From contig CBDCKN010000015.1 of NCBI GenBank assembly GCA_965218295.1, positions 288,001 through 352,000 of the forward strand: a stretch of 64,000 nt of DNA. Reading direction: 5' to 3'. The notes beneath the pieces were generated by a model that did no database searches, was not told the DNA's origin, and was given only the letters and a program-made list of their open reading frames with translations. The DNA comes from Longimicrobiales bacterium (GTDB taxonomy: Bacteria; Gemmatimonadota; Gemmatimonadetes; Longimicrobiales; Gaopeijiaceae). Below are positions 29,670-38,759 of the stretch, piece after piece (the stretch's first letter is position 1; each line of letters opens with the position of its first letter). Position numbers and translations under genes: made by a program.

Positions 29670-30467
29670 CTACTGTTGGCTGGCCAGGAACTGAACCACG
29701 GCTTCCAGCTGGGCGGCCGTCAGCTGTGCTCCGAAAATCTGGGGCATGACGCCCAAGAACACCTCGTACCCCTCTGACGCGCCGGCCGACGGATCCAGGA
29801 TCGACTGCCGAATGTAGTCTGCGTCCACACGTCCGCCGATCCCGTCGAAGGCCGGTCCCATGGGGACGCCCTCACCGTTGAGCTGGTGGCATACCAGGCA
29901 GGTGTTGGCACGCAGGATCTCGAGCGGGTCCAGAGACGCGGTCGCCGGAGCCGCCGTGGCCGGCGCTGCCGCAGCGGTGGACTCGGACCCTCCCCCCTCG
30001 TCGGCCACGTCGGCGCCCGTGACCGTCACCTCGCCACCCTGGGCCTGGAGGAAGGCCACCACGGACCAGATCTGCGCATTGGACAGCGATCGCCGCATGT
30101 CCGGCATGATCGGGTTAAAGCCCTTCACGAGGTAGTCGCTGGGATCGGTCATGGCCGCGTACAGGTAGGCCTTGCAGTCCTGGCCGCTCACCCGGTTGCC
30201 GCAACGGACGCCGATGGTGCCAACGCCGCCCTGGTCCGTGAGGAGATTCGGGGCGCGAGTCCCGAGTCCGTGACATGCCACACAGCCGCCCGCACCGTTG
30301 TACAAGAGCTCTCCCGACGATACCAGCTCGGCCTCGGTGACGTTGGCTCCGAAGGTCAGCTCCTGGGGCACCTCGGACTGGACCTGGGGGATGGAATTCG
30401 CAACGAGGGTGAAGACGGCCAGCGTCCCGATGACGACTGACAGGATCCTCAGATTCTCTGCAAGCAT
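29670..30467 (-). CDS. Diheme cytochrome c
   Basis: CVACH...IMP and CLVCH...VMP; N-terminal anchor. Confidence 0.9.
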   Translation of the reverse strand: MLAENLRILSVVIGTLAVFTLVANSIPQVQSEVPQELTFGANVTEAELVSSGELLYNGAGGCVACHGLGTRAPNLLTDQGGVGTIGVRCGNRVSGQDCKAYLYAAMTDPSDYLVKGFNPIMPDMRRSLSNAQIWSVVAFLQAQGGEVTVTGADVADEGGGSESTAAAAPATAAPATASLDPLEILRANTCLVCHQLNGEGVPMGPAFDGIGGRVDADYIRQSILDPSAGASEGYEVFLGVMPQIFGAQLTAAQLEAVVQFLASQQ

Positions 30468-30528
30468 CGCGTGTCTCAGTCTGCTGGGTCAGAAGTCGGG
30501 CGCAAGCCGCGAGTATCGATTCTGCGCA

Positions 30529-32322
30529 TCAGTCGCCCGCCACCGGAGCCAGCTCCGGTCCCGACTGCGCCCCGGCCCCCACACTCGAGACCACCGGTTT
30601 CTCGGCCAGCCCGCCGAGCCAGAAGATGAAGGCCACCAGTGTCAGGAAGATCAGCACACACGCCGAGATGACTATAGAGGCATACCCCAACGCAGGCGTA
30701 GCCGCCCACTCGCTGGTGTCGCGCATCACCTCCCACACGTGCCAGTGCTGGCGAATTCCGCTGCGAGCGAAGCCCATGAGACCCATCAGCCACGTGAAGG
30801 TGACGGCGAGGACAAAGAGGGCGTACTGCGACCGGGGGGGCATCTGGCCCCACCGGATAGCTCCCCGGGACTCGGCGCCCCGGCTCAGGAAGAGGTCGAT
30901 GCCGACCACGGCCGCAATGGTGAACAGGACTGCAAGCACCTGATAGACCGAGAATCCGATCCTGACGATGGCGCTGACGAAGTATCCATAGATCCCGTAG
31001 AAGATCACGATCCCGGCCGAGATCACGAACAGCGCGCCCTGCACCACGGTCCCTGTTCGCGCCCAGCTGACCGTCGGGCGCATGTTCGCCCGCCGGTAGA
31101 GAAGGAACGAAAGGAACGTCGTCAGGATCATGATATTCACCGCCGTATTCTTGGCGCTCATGACGCCCAGGACACCCAAGAAAGGGTGGTGAGTCCCGCC
31201 CATGGCCGCGATCTCTTCTCGGTTGGCGATCATCGTGTGCGGCGTCGCCCACACGATCACGCCCACGACCAGCACGAACAGCATGTACTTCGTGTAGGGG
31301 GTGAAGCGCTCGGCTCCGGGAATGCGCCCCATGCCCACCCACAGGTAGTAGTTGCCAGTCAGGAAAAGCACGCCGATGAGGAAGGCCTGGATTATCCAGA
31401 GCCAGCTCATGAAGCCACCCATCATGGTGATGCCCATCTGCTGGTTGAACTCGTAGACCTCACGGCCGAGGTAGTAGCCGGCGAAGGGCAGGACGATGAG
31501 TGCCCCGATGGCGATGAGGTTGCCCACGTACCCCATCCAGTCGTAGTGGGCCCGCTCCTCATCCGTCTTGGCCATGAGGAAGCGGTAAGCGGCGTACGCC
31601 CCCACGATGGCGCCACCGAAGACAACGTTGGCGATGAAGCGGTGGATGTTGATGGGAATCCAGGTCGCGTTCGCGAAGGCGCTCCAGAACTGGACCATGG
31701 CCGGCGCCGTGTCGGGCCCGACGTCGGCGGGCGGACTCATCATGTATGTGAGCCAGGAGTTGGCGATGAACATGACCATGGTGCCCCAGACGTTGAGCAT
31801 GATGCCCAGCGACCAGTGGACCAGCTTGGCACGCCCCTTCTTCCAGCGATCCCAGCCGTAGTAGTAGAGGTAGAGCGTGAACGATTCGAAGAAGAACAGG
31901 CCCACGTACACCCACATGGAGGCCTCGAAGATCTCCGCCAAGTAGAGCCAGAGCTTGGGATAAAGCGTGATGAGCAGGAAGAGCAGGATCGCTCCCCAGA
32001 TTGCCGTGGCGGAGTAGGCCACCAGGAGAAGCCGGGTGAACTCCTTGGCGAGCTTGTCGTACTTCTCCTCGCTCCCGAAGATGCCGATGGCCTCGACCAC
32101 CACGGCGAACATTGGAACGCCAAGTACGAAGGCGGCGAAGAGAAGGTGCACCTGTGCCGCCACCCAGATCGCGACCCGACTCCCGACCAGTGGGAAATCA
32201 CCGTACTCGCGGGCAGCGACCGCGTCCTGTGCCCAAGCGACCTCAGGGAAGATGTGGAATGCGAGGCCCATCAGGCCCAGGGCTCCCAGGAGCTTCAAAG
32301 CCATCCTAGGGCGCGGGCTCAC
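30529..32322 (-). CDS. Cytochrome bd subunit I-like (bd-like) oxidoreductase
   Basis: QVHLLFAAF, FFFESF..YYYGWDR, IANSW, NIHRFIAN, R..IRQHW correspond to CydA motifs; no Q-loop K/E motif; no cydB in the window. Confidence 0.82.
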   Translation of the reverse strand: MSPRPRMALKLLGALGLMGLAFHIFPEVAWAQDAVAAREYGDFPLVGSRVAIWVAAQVHLLFAAFVLGVPMFAVVVEAIGIFGSEEKYDKLAKEFTRLLLVAYSATAIWGAILLFLLITLYPKLWLYLAEIFEASMWVYVGLFFFESFTLYLYYYGWDRWKKGRAKLVHWSLGIMLNVWGTMVMFIANSWLTYMMSPPADVGPDTAPAMVQFWSAFANATWIPINIHRFIANVVFGGAIVGAYAAYRFLMAKTDEERAHYDWMGYVGNLIAIGALIVLPFAGYYLGREVYEFNQQMGITMMGGFMSWLWIIQAFLIGVLFLTGNYYLWVGMGRIPGAERFTPYTKYMLFVLVVGVIVWATPHTMIANREEIAAMGGTHHPFLGVLGVMSAKNTAVNIMILTTFLSFLLYRRANMRPTVSWARTGTVVQGALFVISAGIVIFYGIYGYFVSAIVRIGFSVYQVLAVLFTIAAVVGIDLFLSRGAESRGAIRWGQMPPRSQYALFVLAVTFTWLMGLMGFARSGIRQHWHVWEVMRDTSEWAATPALGYASIVISACVLIFLTLVAFIFWLGGLAEKPVVSSVGAGAQSGPELAPVAGD

Positions 32323-33698
32323 GCCGATCCTCCCCTGCCGAGGAAGAACGGAAGCTTTTTCGAGAAGTCCACCGGAAGGCTCTTACGGACCTCGGCCATG
32401 ACCTCGGTATCTACGCGGGCATATCCCTTCTCGAGGGCAAATTTTTCCACGCGGGCCGTCACTACCCCACGGACGAAGCTCGGCACTCGCTCCAGGCGGG
32501 CTCGAGCCTCCGGGGACCAAGACAATTCAGACGTGGCCGGCTGACCGTATGAGACCCGATCCCCCGGACTCACCAGGGGTGCCTCGCCCGTAGGCTCGTA
32601 AACGCACGAGTCGTCCGGGCCCATGAAATCGCCGCCGTCGGCATAGGCGCGGGCACGGCAACCGCCGCACACCTCGCGATACTCGCACCGGCCGCAACGC
32701 CCCGAGAGGCTTCCGGATCGGAGCTCTGTGAAGACCTCAGACGTCCTCCAGATCGTCTGGAAGCTGTCCGTCATGAGGTCACCGGCCACGACGGGCATGT
32801 AGGGGCAGGGAGTCACCTTCCCTTCGGGAGTGATGCGGACGTAGTGCACGCCACATGGGCATCGGGTCTCGTAGTTGAGCAGGGGCGAATCCGGATCCCC
32901 CTGCAGCACATGGCGCATGAGCTGTGGCTGGCACTTGGAGCGGACCATCATCCGGCCGCGGTAGGTCCTCTCCAGCTCGACCAGCTCCTTCAAGACGTCG
33001 TCGTTCTCGGACGGCGACATCCCGCGCATGTGCTCGGCTCTCCCGGTGGGAACCACGAAGTAGACGTTGAAGGAGACGGCTCCCGCCGCCGCAGACCAGC
33101 GCGCCAGCTCGGCGATTTCATGACGGTTCCCGGTGGTCACCGTGGTCTGGATGACGAAATCGAGCTCATGGCGGGCACAGCGCTCGACGGCCGCCATGGT
33201 ATCGGCCAGTGCGCCGCCCCCGTGGCGAAAGCGATCGTGATATTCGGGCCGAAGCGAGTCGATACTCACCGCCACGCCCTTGATTCCCGCCGCCATCAAG
33301 GACTCGATGCGTTCATCGGTGAGCCCGATGCCGTTGGTCCCGACGACCACGGTCGCGCCAAGGGACGTGGCTCTCTCGGCGAGGGCCTCCAGATCGTCCC
33401 GAACCAGGGGCTCCCCACCGGTCAGGATCAGCATGGGGTTGGCATTGACCTCGAGGATCTCGCCCATGATCAGGAAGCACTGCTCCGTGGAGAGCTCCTC
33501 GGAGGCAAGGTGCCACGATCCGGCGGAGATGTAGCAGTGCGCGCACTCGAGGTTGCAGCGTTTCGTCAGATTCCAGGCGACGATGTGGGGGACGTAGCCC
33601 TCCCCCTCGCCTCCGAGCCCAGGCTCTTCCCGACCGACCGGGGCCGGCCGTGACAGTGTCGCTGCCGAGGAGCGCTTACGGTCCAGGCCGCGGATCAC
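32319..33698 (-). CDS. Radical SAM/SPASM enzyme (AhbC/AhbD/NirJ-like) with a C-terminal PCP_red-like domain
   Basis: WNLTKRCNLECAHC, TGGEPL, CGRC...CGGCRARA; tail WSPEARARLERVPSFVR; GTG start overlaps the USP stop. Confidence 0.88.
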   Translation of the reverse strand: MIRGLDRKRSSAATLSRPAPVGREEPGLGGEGEGYVPHIVAWNLTKRCNLECAHCYISAGSWHLASEELSTEQCFLIMGEILEVNANPMLILTGGEPLVRDDLEALAERATSLGATVVVGTNGIGLTDERIESLMAAGIKGVAVSIDSLRPEYHDRFRHGGGALADTMAAVERCARHELDFVIQTTVTTGNRHEIAELARWSAAAGAVSFNVYFVVPTGRAEHMRGMSPSENDDVLKELVELERTYRGRMMVRSKCQPQLMRHVLQGDPDSPLLNYETRCPCGVHYVRITPEGKVTPCPYMPVVAGDLMTDSFQTIWRTSEVFTELRSGSLSGRCGRCEYREVCGGCRARAYADGGDFMGPDDSCVYEPTGEAPLVSPGDRVSYGQPATSELSWSPEARARLERVPSFVRGVVTARVEKFALEKGYARVDTEVMAEVRKSLPVDFSKKLPFFLGRGGSA

Positions 33699-35860
33699 GC
33701 TTCGCCGGCCTCTTCGCTCATGAACTGCTCGATGGCGGCCTTGGCGTCGTCGGGCGAGACGGTCTTGAAGTCCACCGGACACTGGTCCGCCGCTTCCGCC
33801 ACATCGCGGATGGGGCAGCGTGTTACGCCGCTGGCCTTGGCCTCCTCGATGAACCTCCGCATCTCGGGGGTGAGGCCGTCGACTCCTTCCGCCTCCGCCC
33901 TGATCTGCTTGGTCTGGAGCTCGCGGAACATGACCAGCATGGTGTCCATGTCGAACTCGTCCGCCTCGATCATGGCCTGCTTGTTCTCGTCCATGACCGG
34001 CGTCGTCACACGCCAGAAGTCGTGCTCACGGGCGAAGCGCTCCACGGTGTTGCGGGCCAAGGGTCGGGCGATGAGAGGAACGAGCCTGAGTCGTTCGAAG
34101 GCCTCCTGGGTCCACTGGACGGGATCCCTGGCCGTTCTCTCGCGGCTCTCGACGTGTCCCGTGTAAGGACACTTCGCCGAGACCATGGGGACCTCCGGCA
34201 GCGGGTCCGCGTCCAGACCCTCCACCACCGTGCGTTTCATGGCCTCTTCGGCCTTCACCTCGGCGAGGGCGAGCTCTTCCGCGGTGCCGATGCCCATGAT
34301 CAGCTGCATATGCGTAGGCAGGAGTTTCTGGATGGCCTCGTCCAGCCGCGCGCTGGTCACCATGGGGAGGCCGTCGGCTCCCAGGGGAGGCACGGCGGCA
34401 CCCGGCTCCGCAGGGGTGTCGGCGCCGGCCGTGTCGTTCGACCCGGCACCGTTCGAGGCGCCGCCACGCTCGGCACCGTTCGAGGCGCTGCCACGCGTCG
34501 GCGTGAGCGGGTCTTCCCGATACGTGCCGTTGGCCCCGGGTCCGTAGTTGTCGAGGACGTACTCCTCCACGGCTTTGCGTGCTATGCCGAGTGCGAAGGG
34601 AGGCACGCGCAGGATTCTGACCTCCGAGTCGGGCGACCACTCCAGGCCCGTTTCGCCGTCCTCTTCGATCCACGGGATGTCGTCCGGACGGACGTCCAGA
34701 GTGCCAACGAGAAGGATGTTACCGTGGGCGAGCCTGCAAAGGTTGTCCGCCTGCGAGCCCATGTCGGTGTCTTCGATACGGTGCCCACCGTGACGTGCCA
34801 GGATCAGGAGGCTGGGCCCGATCTCTTCGATCCACTGGAGGATGCACTGGAACGGCTTTCCGACGAGGATCTGTGTCTCCACCTCCACGTCGGGGAACTC
34901 GTCGGCCATGACCTGAGCACGCTTGAGGTTGGCCTGGGCGAGCTTCAGGAGGCCCTTGTCGATGATGTTGTTGTGGAGCTCCTCCTGTTCTTCGAACTTG
35001 AACACCTTCGAGGCCTGCGCCGAAAGGATGTCCTTGATGTTGCCGAAGACGGCGTGGTGGTACTCGACGTCGAAGGCGGAGCAGACGTGGAGCTTCGCAC
35101 CGAACTCCCGGGCCAGCTCGAGTGCCAGGCGCATGGCCTTGTAGGAGTACGACGAACCGTCGACGCAGACGATCCAATTGCCGTTCTCCAGTGGCCTCTC
35201 GTCTCTGATGAGGAGGGTGTCCTTCTCGACCTCGCGGATTACCCGGGAGACCATCCCGCCCAACTGGGAGTACGGCTGCTTGCCGATGCCGTGGGCTCCG
35301 ATGACCAACAGGTCGTATTGGCGACCACTCGAGCCGGCAAGCTTCTCGTCCTGCTCTTCATCTTCGGCCACGATTCGGCCGTCCTCGCCTATCTTCATAT
35401 CGCTCCGGACCGTCGCGCCCCCGTCGTACTTGTCGGCGATGTTCGGGTCGAAGCCGATGAGGCTTGGCAGTCGTCCGCTGCCACCGTTGGCCTCACGGAT
35501 TACCTCCTCGTAATTGATTCCTTCGAGGAGCTGTCTGGTGAGGAGGACGCCTGCGGAGTCGCAGGCCTTCGCCGTCTGGTCGAGGAAAGAATCTGAGATG
35601 AGCTGGAGGCCCTTCTCGATCAGCTTGTCATGGATCTTCCTCTGTCGCTTGATCTCCTGGGCGGTCTGGAACTGGGCCGGGAGGCCGGTCTCCAGCTGTC
35701 GAAAGCGAACGTCGTGTAGGCGGGCGGCATAGACGTGGTTTCCGGTGATCCGTCCGTCGAAGCGGGAACAGACCTCGATGGCCCGGTCCACGGCCCAATA
35801 GGAATGTTGGGAGTTGTCTACTGGTACGAAGACTTCACGGTACATAAATACCTCGGGCAT
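33695..35860 (-). CDS. Tandem universal stress protein domains plus two PCP_red-like domains
   Basis: VPVDNS..S..A and VCVDGSSYS USP starts; LLVIGAHG; WSPDS..RILRVPPF and WTQEAFERLRLVP. Confidence 0.85.
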   Translation of the reverse strand: MPEVFMYREVFVPVDNSQHSYWAVDRAIEVCSRFDGRITGNHVYAARLHDVRFRQLETGLPAQFQTAQEIKRQRKIHDKLIEKGLQLISDSFLDQTAKACDSAGVLLTRQLLEGINYEEVIREANGGSGRLPSLIGFDPNIADKYDGGATVRSDMKIGEDGRIVAEDEEQDEKLAGSSGRQYDLLVIGAHGIGKQPYSQLGGMVSRVIREVEKDTLLIRDERPLENGNWIVCVDGSSYSYKAMRLALELAREFGAKLHVCSAFDVEYHHAVFGNIKDILSAQASKVFKFEEQEELHNNIIDKGLLKLAQANLKRAQVMADEFPDVEVETQILVGKPFQCILQWIEEIGPSLLILARHGGHRIEDTDMGSQADNLCRLAHGNILLVGTLDVRPDDIPWIEEDGETGLEWSPDSEVRILRVPPFALGIARKAVEEYVLDNYGPGANGTYREDPLTPTRGSASNGAERGGASNGAGSNDTAGADTPAEPGAAVPPLGADGLPMVTSARLDEAIQKLLPTHMQLIMGIGTAEELALAEVKAEEAMKRTVVEGLDADPLPEVPMVSAKCPYTGHVESRERTARDPVQWTQEAFERLRLVPLIARPLARNTVERFAREHDFWRVTTPVMDENKQAMIEADEFDMDTMLVMFRELQTKQIRAEAEGVDGLTPEMRRFIEEAKASGVTRCPIRDVAEAADQCPVDFKTVSPDDAKAAIEQFMSEEAGEA

Positions 35861-35965
35861 AGCCCTTTAGCCGAGCGTCATAATGGGGTCGGCAGACCCC
35901 CCGCGACCCGATGTATGGTGACGTGCTTTTCAGTCTCGGGGATATCACGAATCCTACCGGGGGCC

Positions 35966-35995
35966 AGTATACCCGGCCTTTCTGAGACCTGTCAA
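35966..35995 (-). promoter_or_regulatory. Near-consensus sigma70 promoter for the USP-to-oxidase operon
   Basis: TTGACA-18 bp-TATACT on the minus strand, ~105 bp upstream of the USP gene. Confidence 0.75.
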
Positions 35996-36083
35996 TAAAT
36001 TCGGACGGGCACTGATACCGTGTGGGAAATCCCCATGTTAATCACGGCATCGGGGCCCTGCACGCACGGTCCAATATCGTCCC

Positions 36084-36554
36084 CTACATGCCCTCCAGGC
36101 CCAACTCCGTCCGAGCCCGGTCCATGACCTCGGGCGTTATCTCGGCTACTGCGTGCTCCTTGGCCCAGTCGACGTAGATCCGCTTCACCATCCCTCGGAC
36201 GAAGCTCGGGACCTTCTGCATCCGCTCGGTCGCCTCGGGGCTCCAGAGGACCGAACCGGCCTGGGAAGCTTGCCCGGCCGGCTGTCTGGGGATGTCCTCC
36301 GACATGCCGAAGGCCTCCTCTCTCCCCCCCTCCAGAGAGCTGCGAACCAACTCGAGGGGTTGAGCGGGCACCTCTCGCCCGCCGATCTTTATCCCCAGGC
36401 TCGACACGAGCTGCGTCTCCATGGGGTTCGTGAGCATGGCCACCTCCCTCCCGCACGAACCGCAGGAGAACACGGCGGCCAGGGTGCCGTCACCAGGAAG
36501 TTGCCGCTCGGCGAAGTCCATGACGTTGTCACACTCGATGCAGAGGAACTTCAT
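36084..36554 (-). CDS. Zn-ribbon-like protein with a PCP_red-like domain
   Basis: MKFLCIECD...CGSCG...LTNPMETQLV; WSPEATERMQKVPSFVRGMV; ATGA overlap with mrp. Confidence 0.82.
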   Translation of the reverse strand: MKFLCIECDNVMDFAERQLPGDGTLAAVFSCGSCGREVAMLTNPMETQLVSSLGIKIGGREVPAQPLELVRSSLEGGREEAFGMSEDIPRQPAGQASQAGSVLWSPEATERMQKVPSFVRGMVKRIYVDWAKEHAVAEITPEVMDRARTELGLEGM

Positions 36555-37450
36555 CGGGCGCTCCCCTCCATCGTGGCGGCGACCCTGTCTGCGAGGGCGA
36601 GGAGGGCGCGGCTGGAAGCCGCCTCCGGATCCTCCGTTACCAGAGGCGATCCCAGGTCGGTGGAGGCCCCAAGGCGTGCGTCGAAGGGAATGTCGGCCCA
36701 AAGCGGCAGGCCCGACTCCTCGGCGAGGCGTCGTGCCCCGTCCCCGCTGAACAGCTGAGACGTGTGACCGCAGGACGGGCAGACGTGCTCCGTCATATTC
36801 GCCACGAGGGCCACCGTCGAGACTTCCGCCTCGCGCGCCATCCGCACGGACTTCGACACGACAAAGCGGGCCGCCTCCGACGGCGTCGTCACGAGGAGCA
36901 TCTGGTGGAGGCCCGGGACCAGCTCGAGAAGCCGCGCGATCTTGTCCGTTCCGGGCGGTACGTCCACCAGCAGAACGTCCAGGTCACCCCAGGCCACGTC
37001 GCCAAGAAACTCCCTGAGAGCGCCGGTCTCCATGGCGCTCTGCCATATGAACCGACCGGTGGACGGCTCGCGCCAGCGAAGCGGTGCGTCCTCGTCCTGC
37101 TGGAGCAGCTCCATGGACATGACCCGGACGCCGGTTGGGCTCAGGGCCGGTTCCACACCATCTGATCGATCGACGAGGCGGGCACCGGAAACCCCCAGCA
37201 TCCGGCCCAGGGAGGGGCCGTTGAGGTCCGCGTCCGCCGCCCCGACCTCCAGCCCCCGTTGGGCCAGGGCGGCGGCCAGGTTCGCGGTGACGGCGCTCTT
37301 CCCCACCCCACCCTTGCCGCTGGCGACGGCGACCACCGATCCTACCCGGGAGAGGCGGTCCGCCAGTCGCTGGTCCAGCTCGAGCACCTGCTCGAGGAGC
37401 TGCGATCCCGTCTCGTGGGTGACCTCCGTGTACGTCCGGATCTTCCGCAT
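36551..37450 (-). CDS. Mrp/NBP35 (ApbC) P-loop ATPase, Fe-S carrier
   Basis: ASGKGGVGKS, DADLNGPS, WGDLD.LLVDVPPGT, CPSCG. Confidence 0.92.
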   Translation of the reverse strand: MRKIRTYTEVTHETGSQLLEQVLELDQRLADRLSRVGSVVAVASGKGGVGKSAVTANLAAALAQRGLEVGAADADLNGPSLGRMLGVSGARLVDRSDGVEPALSPTGVRVMSMELLQQDEDAPLRWREPSTGRFIWQSAMETGALREFLGDVAWGDLDVLLVDVPPGTDKIARLLELVPGLHQMLLVTTPSEAARFVVSKSVRMAREAEVSTVALVANMTEHVCPSCGHTSQLFSGDGARRLAEESGLPLWADIPFDARLGASTDLGSPLVTEDPEAASSRALLALADRVAATMEGSAR

Positions 37451-37473
37451 GTTCGATTAGCAACAGTCACCGG

Positions 37474-37710
37474 CTACGGGACGAGCTGCGCTCCCTCCTC
37501 GTCCAAGGCCGTCAGAGCGTCGACCGGGCAGGACGAGCAGGCGTCGAGCAGCACCTCCCGGTCCACGGCGGGATCGCCCGTCCTGAACGCAGCGATGCCT
37601 TCGTCGTCGAGCTCGAATACATCCGGGGCGACATCGATGCAGTCGCAGAACCCCACGCACAGGTCCCGCTCGATCCGGATCGTGAGACCCGCGAGAGCAC
37701 GCTCGGAAAT
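37474..37710 (-). CDS. Single-cluster ferredoxin; start codon uncertain
   Basis: IERDLCVGFCDCIDVAPDVFELDDEG...ACSSCPVDAL. Confidence 0.8.
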   Translation of the reverse strand: MSERALAGLTIRIERDLCVGFCDCIDVAPDVFELDDEGIAAFRTGDPAVDREVLLDACSSCPVDALTALDEEGAQLVP

Positions 37711-37994
37711 GTTACTCGATTCCGCTTCAGCGAAGGATGAGATGAGGAATCTGCCCGTCGGGGTGATAAGGGGGTTAACGTGTTCGGAGCCAGCCGGGCG
37801 GGCAAGGGGTGAGCAGCCGGTGAGCATCGGGTGACGCGTGAGCATCACTCATCTCCGAGTGGGTCTCGGGATGCGAACACCCATACCGTGGCGGGGTAGT
37901 CCGTGGCCGTTCCAGAACACCTGGTGCGGGCGCGCGGCTGATTACGGGTGCACGTCCGAGATGGGCGGACACGTTTCGTTACGGAGAGTCGCAC

Positions 37995-38717
37995 ATGAGA
38001 GGTGTGATCCTCGGTCTCACGAGCCTCATCCTGATCGCCGTTCCCGCTTCTGGGCAGGAGAAGAGCTGGTCGGCCAAGACCGAGCTCGGGGCGAATGTCT
38101 TCTTCGGCAACACCAGTCAGTTGGCAATGACCACCTCCCTCGCGGGGACTCTGGAGCGGGGCAGTCTCGGTCTGGCCGGCCGGACCAACTTCGCGTATGG
38201 GGAGGCCAGCACCTCGGAGGGTGACAACTTCGTGAACAAGCGAGCGTGGGACGCGGCTCTGGACGTGAACTTCCATCCGGGGAGCGCCCTGAACGGCTTC
38301 GTGCGGGGGAAGATCGACCTCCGTTATAACGCTGGCGCCGGTGCGCGGTACCAGTTCGGATCCGGCGATGACACGCAGGCCGAGCTGAGCCTCGCCGTGA
38401 TCGGCGAGAAGACGATTCCGCGTGAAGGTGCCGGCGAAGAGGAGGGCGTGGTCGGGAAGTGGTCTGCCCGGTTCAAGCTCGTCAGGGGTGCCGGCGGGGG
38501 TCGGCTACGATTCGAGAGCGACACCGTGTACGAGCCCGAGGCGTCGGACCTCTCCGTCTATACCCTGACATCCCGCAACAGCTTCGCGCTCCGGCTCAAC
38601 GAACGAATCACCGTGCAGCTCTCCTTTGTGGACGCGTTCGATACCGAGGCCGTCGACCGCGGTGCCCGATCCAACAACGACGGTCAGCTATTTTTCAGCT
38701 TGGTCGGCACGTTCTGA
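37995..38717 (+). CDS. DUF481-like outer-membrane beta-barrel
   Basis: Signal peptide, FFGNT, amphipathic strands, terminal Phe. Confidence 0.75.
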   Translation: MRGVILGLTSLILIAVPASGQEKSWSAKTELGANVFFGNTSQLAMTTSLAGTLERGSLGLAGRTNFAYGEASTSEGDNFVNKRAWDAALDVNFHPGSALNGFVRGKIDLRYNAGAGARYQFGSGDDTQAELSLAVIGEKTIPREGAGEEEGVVGKWSARFKLVRGAGGGRLRFESDTVYEPEASDLSVYTLTSRNSFALRLNERITVQLSFVDAFDTEAVDRGARSNNDGQLFFSLVGTF

Positions 38718-38759
38718 CCGGCTCGGCTCCGCGCTGCCACCGTCGCAGCCGGCCGCCGG

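Noticed and set aside
30298..35596. Long plus-strand ORFs (748, 269 and 648 aa) and similar shadow ORFs elsewhere
   Set aside because: Antisense shadows of well-supported high-GC genes, with no motifs of their own
32319..36554. Photosynthesis genes implied by PCP_red domains (and by the chelatase-like ATPase at 42-43 kb)
   Set aside because: No bch or puf genes; these domains occur widely outside phototrophy
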